Source: Eledone cirrhosa (taxonomy: Eukaryota). From it: a stretch of DNA of 64,000 nt. The notes under the pieces are model-generated. The model was not told where the DNA came from, did not search any database, and saw only the letters and a program-made list of their open reading frames with translations. The stretch covers positions 28,148,001-28,212,000 of the forward strand of contig OZ024747.1 in the NCBI GenBank assembly GCA_964016885.1. The letters are read 5' to 3'. The translations under genes and the position numbers were made by a program. Positions 12,321-26,609 of the stretch are shown piece after piece; positions within the stretch are counted from its first letter, which is position 1, and the number at the start of each line of letters is the position of its first letter.

Positions 12321-13370
12321 GTAAGTACCAAGCTCGACCATTTCTTCTTCCTGATATGTCAGTAATCAACATAAACTATAGGGTTTCTCTTATATAAACC
12401 ATAAATTTATCAAAATGCAAATTTCCCAGTTTGTTTGATTGTTCATATATCTGGTCATCCTGGTATTCATGGCATACCAATCCTAGACTCTAAAAATGAA
12501 ATATGTTCAACACTATTGCCATCTTTATTGATGGCATTGGCCCACTAGTAATAATAATAATGTTTCCTCTTTTGGCACACAGCCAGCAATTACCCCAGTG
12601 TATTCCTGGTGCTTTTTTTTATCGATCCCGTAAGGATGAAAGGCGAAGCTAACCTCAGCAGGATTTGAACTCAGAACGCAAAGGCCCACAACTCCATCTT
12701 GCAACGCATGACGCTCTACCGATACTGTCAAACATTGCAATCATTTTACATCCACTTTTTATACTGGCATGGGTCGGACACGGGAAAGTCTGAGACTTGA
12801 TAGTTTTCTAATCAATTTGGAAGGATTTAGAAATATTATTAAAAAAAGGAAGAGAAAGGAATTAATCATCAAATTGGACCAAAGATGCAATGTTTCCATT
12901 GGTCATTCCATTGTTAATACTATTAGCTGGTCATGACTATTAGTAGAAAGAGCAACATGATATATAGTATTTTGCTTAAGAACACAATGGGAAGCTGGTA
13001 TTTGGAACACAACTTAACAAAGGTTCTTACATAAAATCATGATGAAATGTTTTATGATAAATATAAAGCAATCATCCAACCCATGCCAATATGGAAAAAT
13101 GGACTTTAATTTTTAGCGTGCTTTAGGTGCCTTATGTCACCAATAGAGTAATCTCCCCTTAATACACAATGCAGTGTCAAGGGAAGCAATTCATAAAAAA
13201 TTTAGCATGCTAAAGATTAATTGATGATGATAAACACATTAAAATAAATATCTTAGTATTGTAGAACCAGGACTAGTTTGGTATCAAACGAGTTAATTGT
13301 ACTAACTGTGGTGTTAAGATGCTCACCGACTCTTTTTTACTAACCAGGTTTTCCAAAATTATATTTTCAG

Positions 13371-13482
13371 GGATCGTTTGCAAGAAATAATGCAAATGTT
13401 GGGCAACATCAGTAACCCTCAGGTAGAGTATATCACTCGGACTATGAAAAAATGGGCTAAAGAAAGCAAAGTTCAATTGTAA
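13371..13482 (+). CDS. TTC26: TTC26 terminal coding exon (DRLQEIMQMLGNISNPQVEYITRTMKKWAKESKVQL*)
   Basis: tttcag acceptor, TACTAAC branch motif at 13338-13344, TAA at 13480-13482; matches recalled IFT56 C-terminus; AATAAA cluster near 13850-13865. Confidence 0.92.
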
Positions 13483-14989
13483 ATAAGTTTTGAAAGAGAA
13501 TTATATTGTTCCAGTAGTATTACTGGTATTGGATTGTGAAACTTCTATTTTGTGAACCAATGTTTCCTGTGGTTTTGTGTGCTTGGCCAGAATTTGACAC
13601 ACACACGCTTTTATTTCTTACAGGATTGTAACATATTTATCCATAAGACTAGCCACAGAGAAGCAGCCTTGTATAGAGGTGATCTTAGGCCCAGGCTAGG
13701 TGTAAAATATATTGCAACTTTCACATCTTTATTTACTATTACATAATCTGCACTGATAAATTTTGAAAAGAACGAAATGTCTGAGACATTTGCAGACAAG
13801 TTGTTTTAATACAATACTTGACTCATTCTCCTTGTTCTCTTGTTATTAATAAATAAATAAATAAAAATCTGTTCCTTTGTTATAACAGCCCAAAATAAAT
13901 TAACCCCTTTGTTACCATATTTCTTATGAAAAACACTGCCAATTTTCTTTTCAAATTACTTTGAAATATATATAATAATGCACAAATATTCAAAATATTT
14001 TCACTCTACACTGAACTTGAAACTTCATTGGCATAACTTTTTTTACTCATATGATATATATATTTACATATGTAGTTGTGTGTACAAATGAAAGAAAAAA
14101 GCAATCAACACAATGTTGTAGTTGAGAATATTTATATTAAGTTTCATTTAACTCTGTGCTACCAGCAGTTTCAAGACAGGAACACATCTTAATCATCAGA
14201 TGCATTGGAGAAAAGTAAAACAAAACGGAGAATGATGTTTGAGGCCATATTGCTAAGGGCTTCCCTTGGATGTTTCAAGTCATGTGGTGGTGTTGATAAG
14301 TCAGCAACAGCATGAGGAAGTTTGCATCCCTGTGGCTCCATTAATTTTACTGGAATTGAGCAACATCAGGTATGTGGTTATATCAGTGTCAATCAGCCTG
14401 GTAGGTTTTCTGCTCTGTGTATCTGGTGTCACTGGCAGGATGAACGTTCAAACACTTGTGATGTAGTGCCTTTCGTCACAGAAACATGATTGTAATATGA
14501 TAACCACTTTGTGCTAGATTTGTGTTGAGAAGATGTTCAGTGATGAAACACCAGCTATCTACCTATCTATACATATGTATACTTTTACCTATCTATCATC
14601 CCATCTATCTACCTATCTATTTATCTCTTTAAATGTCTATCTATTTACCTGTCTCTTTATCTATCTGTTTGTCTGATTATCAATCTATAGTTATCTATCA
14701 ATGTTATTTATCAATGCATCTCTCTTTTGGACAAGAACAATAACAACAAAGCACAAATCCTAAATAGCAGTCTGAAAATATATAGGCAGACAGGAGATAT
14801 ATAGGTAGAACAAAGTAATCATAACTTAGTGCATATATATTTGATAATAAAGAAGATTATTGTAATTGATTTAAATGTGTGTGTATTGAGTGGTGATTCC
14901 CAGTGGATAATCAAAAGAAATCAAACCACGCATCTGCCATATGCAGGACAACTGAAATGTTGCAACAAATAGAAGTCTTTTCCTGGAGA

Positions 14990-15680
14990 AGACTGCACCA
15001 CCCAACACAAATTAGTTATTAGGGACTTCAGAATAAGAACCAGATGGAATAAAAAATGCAAGACAATCTGTAGAAGGATTGTATGAAAGCTAAAGGAACT
15101 CACTCTTAAATATAAGTTTGGAAAATCTCTACGTGACACGTATGATGGGAGGGAGGAGATAGATACATACGATATAGAAGACAATTGGAAGTTTCTCCAG
15201 GACAACCTACTTCAGGCTACTGATATCTGTGGCTGGAGGATGGTACCAATCAGACTAAAGGTGAGTACTGCAAATAGAGTCATTAAAGCTGAGTAAAGCA
15301 TGAAAGGACTGGGAAAATGGGGGCAACAAAGAGCACCACAGGTACCCAACTACAAGAGAAGCTCCTAGCTAAGTGTAAGCCATCAGACCTAGATGTTTCT
15401 AGATCTGAAAAATGCCTTTGACAGAGTACCTCGATCTACTATCTGGTGATCTTTAAGGAAACAGTGTAAATGAGTGGCTCATGAGAGCAGTGCAAAACAT
15501 GTAGAGATGCTGGGATTAAAGTGAGGGTAGGTAATGAGATTAGTTAGGAATTCAATTTGTAGGTAAGTGTTCATCAAGGCTCAGTCCGCAGACACCGTCT
15601 ATTTATCATAGTTCTCTAAGCCATAACAGGTGAGTTTAAAAAAGGCTGTCCATGGAAATTTCTGTATGTTGGTTTTTATA
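14990..15680 (+). mobile_element. Decayed RTE LINE fragment
   Basis: frameshifted DLEKAFDRVPR, GVHQGS and GCPWKFLY remnants; similar to 63500-63900. Confidence 0.75.
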
Positions 15681-16457
15681 GCACTTCGAAAGCTTTGTGC
15701 CACACAAAAACCTTACTTCTCGATAGAGTGGCATTTACATAAGCTTGTGTTAAAAAATTAAATGGTGGCAGATTTGTTTACACAATTTGATCGTGCACCG
15801 TTGTTCAATATTTTCTGCATCACAAACATAACAGAAGTTATAAACATGTCTGTAAACAAAAAACAGCAACTCACGACTGACTCATTCTATCATGTTGAAA
15901 CAAGGCCATAACCAACACGTCTATATACATCAATGAGGTGCTGCGTTACTGTCGTGCATAGGTAAATGAGTACAGTTACGTTTGGGACGTCATATGTGTG
16001 TATATGTATATATATATATATATATGATTTTATCATTTATTTTGTCTGACCTGTTTAGCTTGACTTGTTTTTGGCTTAGGTGGTTTATGCCTTCTTGGCC
16101 ACTTTTTCAGTTTGTATGGCGTTTTAACATATGTTTAGCTGTTTTTTCTAACTATAGAGCGCTTGCCAGCATAACTCTGATTTTGCGTTTCGTTTCGCTT
16201 TTTCTACCCGTCGAAATGCGATTCTCGCTGAATTTATATATATAGTTATGTAATAAACTACATAAGGCAATTATTTCATTTACCAGTGGTTTCTTAAAAG
16301 CAAACAAATTTTGCTTTCAATCATCAGAATGAAAAAATCCTGGTGTATTTATTGACATTTGATTTACATAACTATTAAGCTCTGTAACCTACATAGAGCA
16401 CTCTTTTTTCCTGGACCTTTCCGACGGAATTACTTCATTCACACATATATATATATT

Positions 16458-16501
<44 letters not shown>

Positions 16502-17075
16502 TATATATATATAAAGTGAGTGAAAACAACGAAAAAACGGACGACACACAGGTCAGTCCTTTCTCATCTTTGGAGGTCCTTGTGATTATATATATATATA
16601 TATAACGTGTATGTAAACAATACTAAAAATAATAAAAACAAACAAATGTGTACAGTATATGTCCTGTTTAGTGATATCAAAAGGAAAATGCCAGCTTCAT
16701 TGTTTACATCCCGACTACCTAAGACGAAGAACCGTCTCTCTCTTTCGATGTGTGTATATATATATAATAAGAGAGACGATTTTATTCGTACATCTTCGTT
16801 ATATAATTCTTATTTACAATTCAGGAATTCGTTAGTGTGGTTTACATAATTAAGAAGCAGTAAATAATTGTTGATACAAGGTGGATTAATATTATAGAAT
16901 AAGTAATATTATTAAATGATTATTTTAAATTTAATTTAAAATTACTTTAAAATTACTATTAGCCTTGCATACAATATAATATGTACGGTACGCACATATA
17001 TATATTTTTTAATATTTAGTGCGGTACTATATTGAGCGACCTTAGAAAGGGCGTCAGGGGATACACGTTATTGAG

Positions 17076-17127
17076 ATGGCTGCATCTCTTCGGTCTCTGT
17101 CGTCGGCTGCAGTGTCAGCCAGACAGG
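17076..17127 (+). CDS. NDUFV1: NDUFV1 exon 1, mitochondrial presequence-like (MAASLRSLSSAAVSARQ)
   Basis: ATG in a locally CpG-richer region; Ala/Ser/Arg-rich with no acidic residues; gtatgt donor; phase fits next exon. Confidence 0.8.
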
Positions 17128-19236
17128 GTATGTATACACAATTTCTTATTTCATACATTCCATTCCATTCTATATCTCTTCGATCTTCTTGTCCTGTCTC
17201 TAGCCTTTTAAATCCTTCGACCATTGACATTGTGGAGGTCGTGAAAAATAATAGTCTTCTTTACGGCAAGAAAGAATTATTTGTTTAATTGTTTCTTAGC
17301 TCGGTTTCTATTCCCGATTCTCTCTGTTTCATATTTCACCTCATTTACCATTGATAATAGAATCCCTAGAAAAGCATGAACATTACACCACAATTTCATT
17401 CTTTTCCATAATGCTTATATAACAAACCACTATCTCACCTCGTCAGCGGTGATTGATCAATTAAGAACCAGTCATATTCTGGTCGATTTTATTATTGTTT
17501 ACCGTCCAAAGAGAATTCCCAATTTTATTCTATGTATGAAGAGAAAAATGTGCCGAACAACATCAAGTACTTCGTGTTGTTGGGCAAATTTATATAAGTA
17601 CTTATATTTTCCTTGATGTGTTTCGTTCTGTTATCTAACACCTTGAAACACCTTGAAAGTAATTAATATATTTCTCATGACAAAAAGATATTTTAAACTT
17701 AATTTGGAATATGAAGTACATAATTCTTAAAGATCCTTGTATTTTTTTAGTTTCGTGCGTGAAATCTGAAAATATATTAAACCCTATTATATGAACTCAT
17801 CGTCTTCTAAGTTTATTTTTCTTATACCAACCAATTGATCAGTTGACCCCCCCTTTAAATTATACCCTTCTAAGGTCGATTATATAAAGTATTATTCCTA
17901 TCTTGTTGCATTATCATGTAGCCACTTCGTTTTGAATTATAGAATAGGCTACCTATTATCTTTCGATAACCATGGCTGATTGGTTATGATTGGCTTCCCA
18001 TTCGCGAGGTCTCGGGTTCGATCTCACCGCATGGATTCTTGGGAAAATGCCTTTTGAACTAAGCTTTGTGAAATTGGATAGTCGGAAACATTGTGAAAAA
18101 ACCCGTCGGATGGACTGCTATGTCATATTGTGTAACGTTGATTTGATGTGGGAATTACTTTAAAGGTACACATGCCTGTGGAATACTTTTCCATGAGTTA
18201 TAATTTCTTTCTCCACTTCAGCATTATCATCATTCTCATTATTGTGCATATAGAAACAGAAAATTATATATACACAAATAAATTGTGTAATATATTTCTA
18301 GTGGGACCATTCCGTCAATAATGACAATAGCGTTGAACATATTTGATGTTTGGAATCCAGAATTAGTATGCTATATAAACCAGGATTACTGAATATATGA
18401 GCAACCACACAAACTGGGAAATTTGTTTTGATAATTCATAATTAAAAGATTAAATGCATGAGTAACTTTGAAGAAATAGTTATTTACATGAGACATGTAT
18501 GGTTAGAACCTAGGACCTTCTGATTGGAAAGCAAACTTTTTATTGTAGCTACATGATTGATTTTCATGCATTGTGTGTGTAATTATCACCTTAGTGTTGT
18601 AATGAGTTAGTGCTGGTGTCATGATAAAATGCATCCAGCCCACTCTGCAAAGTGCTAGTATTGGTGCTACAATAAAATGTTCCCAGTCTACACTGTAAAT
18701 TGGTAGTGTAGACTGGGAACATTTTATTGTAGCACCATAGTGTTGATGCCTTGATTAAATACTCCCAGTACAGAAAGGGCATCAAGTCGTAGAAACCATA
18801 CCAAAAGTGGAACGTGTGAGCTAGATGTGTTCACGACTGGTCTAGCCTGAGAATGTGGCAATATGTCTAACTCACGCAAGCATGATAAACATTGATGATT
18901 TCTGTGTGCTTGTGTATGGTCTACATACTACACCAAGTGCATTTTATCTTGGCATCAGTACTAAGGAAATTATCTCAATGGAAGTGTCCTCCAAACCCTT
19001 TGTTTGATAAGTTTTTTTATGGCTGAACGTCCTTTCTTTCACCAACCACTTACCTGAGTGTACTGCATGCATTTAACATGTCACCAACACTAGAGAGATT
19101 GTTGTATCCTTGACACAAATGAAGAGTTCCCTCGACCCTTTTTTGGCATGATTTCTACAGCTTGACATCCTTTCTAATTTCATAGCAAAAAAAATGCTTG
19201 TGTATGAATTAATGTCTCTTTCTTTCAATATTCCAG

Positions 19237-19301
19237 TCCAACTCACCAAAGTTGTTGCTACTTGCCCAATTGTTAGGAATACAGGTACTAATTCCAAAAA
19301 G
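19237..19301 (+). CDS. NDUFV1: NDUFV1 exon 2 (VQLTKVVATCPIVRNTGTNSKK)
   Basis: ttccag / gtatgt; phase 1 in, phase 0 out, bridging exons 1 and 3; poorly conserved peptide. Confidence 0.7.
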
Positions 19302-19884
19302 GTATGTTTATTCTTCTGGTTTGTTTGCAATGTTAAGGTTTCTGAACAACAAACTACAGCTATTGTTGGAATACCTTTACCTCTATGTCTGCATGATCAG
19401 AGCTTACCTAGTGTTAAAAAAAAAAAAACTGTATGTCTATTGTTGGAACACCTTTAATTTTAGGTTTGCATGATCAAATCTTACCTGGTGTTAAAAAACA
19501 ACAAATTTATCTTCAGTCAGTGTATAAAATGTAATAAAGTCTAACCATGACTAAACAACATTGCAAGAATATCACATTGTCATATCACTACAATATTAGT
19601 ATACAAACTGTACATAAAGTCTTTTCACTCAGCCATTTTACTTCTATACAGCTTAGTTGTAGACTAGACTGAGGCATGACATTGAGAATTTTTAAAAATC
19701 TATGGATTCTTAAATATCTCATTGGCACCCTTCATTCCATAGATGTGTCTGTTTGCAGACACATCACAACCATAACTTACATTGAAGAAACAGGAAAATC
19801 AAGTTTTATATTGTGACAAAAGAATGTTTATGCTAGTTCACAGTAAGAAAGTATATAAATGTGAATTAAATTGTGTTTTATATA

Positions 19885-20718
19885 GCAAAAATGAAATAGT
19901 ACATCATGTTCAATATGTAGGAAAGGAACTGGCATAAATTCCATAAAATGTACGCAATGCAGATCTTGGGTACACAAGAGATGTAATGGGATAGCAGGCA
20001 AACTAACAGGTAGGGAAAACTATGTATGCAGTAGATGTACATGGGAAAGTTGGCAGTATTAATCGCAGTGATAGACAGATTTTTCCAATACAGGTGGGTT
20101 CTATAGAAGTGGTTGATAGCTTCCGGTACCTAGGTGGTCAGATTAGCATGGGAGGGGGGTGTTCCGAAGCCATAGTATCTAGAATAAGGACGGGTTGGAA
20201 GAAGTTTAGGAAGCTGCTTCCTTTGTTGACAAAGAAGGGTTTCTCCCTGCATACGAAAGGATGGTTATATGATGCCTGTGTGAGATGCGCGATGCTGCAT
20301 GGTAGTGAGACATGGGTGGCAACTGCAGAGGATATGCGACGGCTGGAGAGAAATGAAGCAAGTATGCTCCGTTGGATGTGCAATGTCAATGTGCATGGAC
20401 GAGTTGAGAAAGAAACTGGGTATAAGATGGATAAGTTGTAGTGTGCAAGAGAGAAGGCTGAGATGGTATGGACATGTGATGCGCATGGAGGATGACCTCT
20501 GGGTAAAGAAGTGCCAAGAAATCCCAGGAGAAGGAAGACGCAGTAGAGGTAGACCACGTAAAACATGGGTGGAGGTGGTGAGAGCAGACCTCAGATCGCT
20601 GAAGCTCACAGAGGAGATGACGAAGGTCCATGACAAGTGGAAAGATGCTGTGCTGAATAGGACCCATCCAACCCTTGCAAGTAGGGAAAAGCGGACGTAA
20701 AATGATGATGATGATGAT
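19885..20718 (+). mobile_element. 3' fragment of an RTE LINE with PHD-like finger, thumb and (ATG)n tail
   Basis: CSICRKG..CTQCRSWVHKRC..CSRC, FRYLG, MLHGSETW, RRLRWYGHVMR; frameshifts. Confidence 0.92.
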
Positions 20719-20967
20719 AATCATCTTTTAACGTTTGTTCTTCTATGCTGGCATGAGCTGGATAACTCATGACAGACCAAGTCTGTACTTAATCAGAGCT
20801 ACTGTCTTCTTAGATAGGATGGGGCCCTCGTCTCACTTACTTATGTTCTGGTTTTGGTGTAGTGTCTGCAGCTGGATGCTCTTCCTATCACCAACCACTC
20901 TACAGAATGGGGTATGCTTGTAATAGTTATTTGTTACTTGTGTTTAAACTAGAGAATCTAAAATGAT

Positions 20968-21280
20968 GAAGGCATGTGGCTTAGTGGTTACGGTGTTTAG
21001 CTCATAATTGTAAGGTCATGAGTTCCATTCTTGGCAGCATGTTGTGACCTTGCACAAGACATTTTATTTCATGTTGCTCCAGTCCACTGAACTGGAAAAA
21101 ATGAGTAGCATTTGTAATTCAAAAGGCCAGCTTTGTCACACACACTCATGCTGAATCTCCCTGCGAATTATGTTAGGAGTACGTTTCTGTGGAATGTTCA
21201 ACCATTTACTTGTTAATTTCACTGTCAGTCTGTTCAGTTGATTGAATCAATTAGAATACTTGTCACCAGAACCAACAGAG
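20968..21280 (+). mobile_element. tRNA-derived CORE-type SINE; relatives near 17970-18190, 38655-38985 and 26015-26170
   Basis: tggcttagtggtta A box, gagttccattc B box, CORE-like block. Confidence 0.7.
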
Positions 21281-22129
21281 GGCTCCAAACAACCCAGGGA
21301 TTGAACTCACACCCACTAGGTAAACTGCCACACTGAACTGTTTGAGTACCAGTTATATACTGGCCCTCTTGTTCCTTGTGTATCCAAGATATGCTTATGC
21401 ATTTTTGTTTAGTTAGTGAAGCACAGGTTCAGATAAAGTAAATAGAGAAAATTTGATAAAAATATCACTTTTATTTTTAACATTTTCTTTTGAAAAATGC
21501 AAAAAAGGTAAGCATGAGAGATGGGAGGCTACAGTATTTGATAATTGAATAACATGGGAGTTAAGAGGACTATTTAGTCTGGAAAAAAAAGCAGGAACCT
21601 CTCGAGTGCCGGTGCCATAATAAAACACACATAGTATATCCTGTAAAATATAGTACTGGTGCCTTAAAAAAATGCTGTAAGGTGCTTGGTGTTAAGAAAG
21701 GCTTCCAGCCATAGAAACCCTGCCAAATATTGAATTTATGAGTAAATGGAGTTACTCCAGCCTGTCTGGTCTCAGACTGTGGCAGGCAACCTGTTCAACC
21801 CATGCCAGTAAAAACAATAATGATGATTATATGTTATCCTAGTCTGGTACAATAAAGCTTATATTGACTATACTGTTGTCACCTAAGAGAACTATCTGAT
21901 GGAATTTAGTAGCTTTAATGGCCTTAGGCATGATATTCTTCCTTATTAAATTGTACATTTAATGGTGTTCACTTCAACTCCTTTCTTGCACATTGTAACA
22001 GAAAATATTTCAGATTGCAATAAAAGTTATTTAAAATTCAAGATTTCATAACTTTCAATGTTTTTTTTTTATGTTCAGTATGTATTTTATATGATTCAAC
22101 ATATACTGTGCTTCTATTTCTACCTTCAG

Positions 22130-22219
22130 AATGTTTATGGACCTTTAAAAGATGAAGATCGTATTTTCACCAACTTGTATGGTCGTCATGATTTCCGCCT
22201 AAAAGGTGCTTTAGCTAGG
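22130..22219 (+). CDS. NDUFV1: NDUFV1 exon 3 ([30 protein letters not shown])
   Basis: cttcag / gtaagt; [16 protein letters not shown] signature. Confidence 0.96.
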
Positions 22220-22422
22220 GTAAGTCTTGTGTTATTTTCAACTATAACCGTACAGTTAAATTCCTTTATTGCAATTCCTTGTAGTACCCTGTTACATTAG
22301 CATTTGGCTTGATATAAATCAAGTTGACTGTGGTAGAGTTTGAACTCTTGTTTTTGACAAATGGACAAAAAATGGTATATAGTTATTACAATATAGATTG
22401 TTGTTTGTTGTGTTTTATACAG

Positions 22423-22571
22423 GGTGACTGGTATAAGACTAAGGATATTATTCTCAAAGGACATGAATGGATCCTGAAAGAAACTGTCGCGTCTGGCTTA
22501 AGAGGCCGTGGTGGAGCTGGCTTCCCAACTGGAATGAAATGGGGTTTTATGAATAAACCATCAGATGGCAG
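22423..22571 (+). CDS. NDUFV1: NDUFV1 exon 4 (GDWYKTK...[27 protein letters not shown])
   Basis: NADH-binding glycine-rich loop; canonical splice sites. Confidence 0.97.
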
Positions 22572-23232
22572 GTGAGACTCGTTATTTTTTTTTTTTAAAC
22601 TGTCTTTTATTCTTAGTTTTCACTTCATTCACTGGACGTCTACTTGGTGACGATGATCCTATTTTTAGTACTGTCTTGACAGACATGACCAAGACTGAAT
22701 TGTAAAATAGACACTATGGAAAAGTACGGCACTGTTAACGGAAGGAATGCTGTTTTCAAACAAAGCTCCTTTATACTTGTGTACAAACAATCCCAATGTG
22801 AGCACATTGGGCAAGTGTCTTGTCACTGGAATTTGGTAGACAGAAATTGTGTAGAATCCTATCACATATTTATAAATGTGTTTGCATACACTAGTGTAAA
22901 ACGGTGTATCAAGTTGCATCCCTTTACATCAAAGAGTAATTTAGCCACTTGATAAATGAACTACCAAACTGAAATATGTAATGAACTAAAATTTGGATTA
23001 ACAAACCACATTTGTAAAAATATTCTTGAAAATTACAAAACAGTTCCATGACTACATCACATTAGATATTAGAGCTTTTCTCTAATACTGCAAATTTTCA
23101 CAACAATCAGTCCACCTGTAAAATACTATTAACAAACCTGTTTTTAGGTATTTTTTACTGAATCATTAATCAGGATGTTAAGAATTAACATGCAATAACA
23201 GCAAAGAGATTTGTTTTCTGCTTTCATTACAG

Positions 23233-23366
23233 ACCTAAATATCTTGTGGTAAATGCAGATGAAGGTGAACCAGGGACCTGTAAAGACAGAGAAATTATTC
23301 GATGTGACCCTCATAAACTAATTGAAGGATGTTTGATAGCTGGCAGAGCCATGGGTGCTAGAGCAG
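23233..23366 (+). CDS. NDUFV1: NDUFV1 exon 5 ([44 protein letters not shown])
   Basis: [13 protein letters not shown] motif; ttacag / gttggt. Confidence 0.97.
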
Positions 23367-24369
23367 GTTGGTTACTACTTTTTTATGTCAGCTAAAACAT
23401 TGCCTATAAGCCCACTGGATTCAAACACTTTACCACTAGCATTACATCAAATCTTTAAACAAAACATCATATCCTCTGTCTATTTCTTTCTCTCCATCTC
23501 AGTATAAAATAAAATAATATAAAATAAAAAATTAAAGGGCCCTTAACTCTTGATAGGATTGTAGTGGTACCGTTCTGACACACGGTGTGTCTTGGGCATT
23601 TTAAACCTGGCAGAGTTTGTCCCTCTCCAAGTTGGAATATAGTTAATTTCTTTCAGAGAGAGATAGAGGTAGAATCGACCTTGGTACTTGACTGGTACTT
23701 TATTTATCAACCTCAGCCGGAACTAATATGGCAAAGCATTTTATCTAACATTTCATCGACTCTGCCATTTCACCACCTATATGGAGAGCCTAGTTAACGA
23801 GAATAATTTTTTATGGCTGATGTCAAGAGGCTCAAATAAGTACCAGTCAAGTAAAATACTGGAGTTGATTTAATCAACAAACACTCTCTTAAAGTGAGTG
23901 ACATTGTGCTTGGAATTGATTTAATCAACAAACACTCTCTTAAAGTGAGTGACATTGTGCTTATGTTAGAAATTATTGTTATTATTGTATACCCCATCAA
24001 ACTGCAACAATAGCTAGAGTGAGATGTGCATGGAAGAAGTTCTAAGAACTGAATGATATGCCAATGAGAAGCAGGGTGTCACAGAAACTGAAGGGAAAGG
24101 TATATACTGCATGTGTGAGAAATGACAAGATTTATAGGAGTGAGTCATGGGTGTTGAATGTGGAGTAACAGAGGCGGGGGAATGAGAAAGCTCCCATATG
24201 AGTGGGGTATTGTTGAGGGAGGAAAACAATGGTCCCAGTGTTAATGGGGATACAGACAGTAGGGCAAAATGGAAAAGTTTGTCATAGTTCCCAAGAGGAT
24301 AACTCTTGCTTTAGCCGGGAAGAAGGCCTTAAAACACTTGTTTCAAGAACGTATTTTGTTACTTTTCAG

Positions 24370-24434
24370 CCTACATCTATATCCGTGGAGAATTTTATAA
24401 TGAAGCATCTAATTTGCAGATTGCTATTAATGAG
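24370..24434 (+). CDS. NDUFV1: NDUFV1 exon 6 (AYIYIRGEFYNEASNLQIAINE)
   Basis: tttcag / gttagt; YIYIRGEF motif. Confidence 0.96.
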
Positions 24435-24789
24435 GTTAGTCACTCTCATGCATTCTCTCACACACTTTTTCTCATACACTCTCATATACACATTCACTCT
24501 TATACTCCTCACAGACATTCTCACTCTCACACAATACTCTCTCCATCATTCTCTCTCTCATATACACCATCTCTCTCTTGACTGGAGATACTGATTATTA
24601 GCATGTGTAGTAAAAGAGATTATTTAAGCTAGAAGTGTTTTTTTTAAATAGAGTGATCTACTTCTGGGGCATTCCACTAGAGTGCCTCTGGATGTTCCAC
24701 TGGAATGCCTCTGGGGCATTTTTTGCATGCTACAAAGATTCTTATGTGGTAGTTATTATTGTATGATTGTTGGTGGAGGCGAGTCGAAC

Positions 24790-25152
24790 ACCTCTGGTGT
24801 GCCTCGGTGGTACCGCTGGAGCAATTATTGCCAGATTACCAGTGATGGAGGTGGGTTAGGTACCTCTGGTGAGCCTCGGTGGTACTGCTGGAGCAATTAT
24901 TGCCAGATTACCAGTGGTGGAGGTGGGTTAGGTACCTCTGGTGTGCCTCGGTGGTACCGCTGGAGCAATTATTGCCAGATTACCAGTGATGGAGGTGGGT
25001 TAGGTACCTCTGGTGTGCCTCGGTGGTACCACTGGAGCAATTATTGCCAGATTACCAGTGATGGAGGTGGGTTAGGTACCTCTGGTGTGCCTCGGTGGTA
25101 CCACTGGAGCAATTATTGCCAGATTACCAGTGGTGGAGGTGGGTTAGGTACC
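24790..25152 (+). repeat. 72-bp minisatellite, 5 copies
   Basis: acctctggtg recurs at 24790, 24862, 24934, 25006, 25078. Confidence 0.93.
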
Positions 25153-25242
25153 GCTGGGATATTTATTGTCAGATTGTTGTTGGTGAAGGTGGATTGCATT
25201 GTTGAGTTTTTCAGTTCATTCTTATATTGTTTGTCTTTCCAG

Positions 25243-25347
25243 GCTTATGCTGCCGGACTGATTGGTAAAAATGCTTGTGATTCTGGTTATGATTTTGATG
25301 TATTTGTGCACCGAGGCGCTGGAGCCTATATATGTGGTGAAGAGACA
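25243..25347 (+). CDS. NDUFV1: NDUFV1 exon 7 ([35 protein letters not shown])
   Basis: FMN-binding [11 protein letters not shown] motif. Confidence 0.97.
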
Positions 25348-25791
25348 GTAAGTAATTTTTATTCTAGTCTATTGTTTTTGTTTAATCCTTTCATTGCTAT
25401 ATTTCTATGGAAATACACTACCTATAATATTCAAATTATTTTGATAATAAAGAGTTTGCAGGTGCTGCATAATGGTTTCTAATTTAGGCTCAAGGCCAGC
25501 ATTTGTATGTATATAGTGGGCAACTGTAACATCAAAAAGTAGACAATAAAAGGTTGTCATGTTCTTTTGTTCACTTATTCTGTCTCTTTGATGGTCACAG
25601 TTAACAGAAGTGCAAAGCATTATCCCAGATGATAGCAAGGTGATGTAGTGAAAGAATCATATGATCAGGTCAATTAAATCAACTACACAAATCCCCCAAT
25701 AGATGTACTCTTGTGCCTAAGTTTGGACTATTACATATCTTTATATATATTTGTCTTTCAATCTCTGAACTATATACTTTTCTATTTTCAG

Positions 25792-25917
25792 GCCTTGATA
25801 GAGTCTTTGGAAGGCAAACAAGGGAAACCTCGTCTGAAGCCACCGTTTCCTGCTGATGTGGGTGTCTTTGGATGTCCTACAACTGTGTCCAATGTTGAAA
25901 CTGTAGCTGTGGCTCCT
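25792..25917 (+). CDS. NDUFV1: NDUFV1 exon 8 ([42 protein letters not shown])
   Basis: conserved peptide; canonical splice sites. Confidence 0.97.
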
Positions 25918-26209
25918 GTAAGTAAACATTGTTCATTTGTTTATCTACTTGGGTGGGGAAGGGAGCTTTAACTATTTCAGGTGTTTTTTTTTTATATTTT
26001 ATATTTGAGTATAGACATGGCTGTGTAGTTAAGTTTGCTTCACAACTATGTTGTTTCAGATTCAATCCCACTACACAGTACTTTGGGCAAGTGTCTCTAC
26101 TGTATCCTTAAATTGAATTAACCAATGTATTGTGAGGGAAACTTTTTAGATGGAAAACTGAGATGGGAGTCTTTCATTCCTAATTTTTGGATCATCATCA
26201 TCATAATAA

Positions 26210-26600
26210 TAATAATACAAATTATTGTGTAAAGTGCTCAGGTGCACTACAACTCGTCAAAGGTGCATATATAGTACATAGAATAATATACAAATGTCAG
26301 GGAAGTGAATAGTGTATGAGTCATGATATACATGTGTGTATGTGTATGGAGGGAGAATATTAGGTATAGTGTTGGCGAATCTCAGGAAGCATGGGGGTTT
26401 TAAAGGGTGCAGTGTTTTGACAGCTAACAACTGATGCAGGTAGTTTGTTCCATGCTTCAGCAACTCCGAGCGTAAAAAAATGTTTCCGAAAGTCATGGGA
26501 ACTGTGCTGTTTTCTGACTTTGTGGGTATGCCCACGTGTGTTAGACATATGGAAATCAAAAAGGTACTCAGGGTTGTTGGCAAGATGGTTAATAATTTTG
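26210..26600 (-). mobile_element. 3' end of a CR1-like LINE
   Basis: TRGH...FF...WNKLP C-terminal motif in ORF 26360-26653. Confidence 0.75.
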
Positions 26601-26609
26601 TGGGTGTTT

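Noticed and set aside
14140-16230. Possible extra gene between TTC26 and NDUFV1
   Set aside because: No recognisable peptide or consistent exon chain; part of it is decayed RTE
23303-23305. Cys in NDUFV1 REIIRCDPH where His is common
   Set aside because: This position varies among orthologs as I recall; cannot assess without an alignment
24790-25152. CRISPR-like regular repeat
   Set aside because: Head-to-tail units with no unique spacers, in a eukaryotic intron, no cas genes
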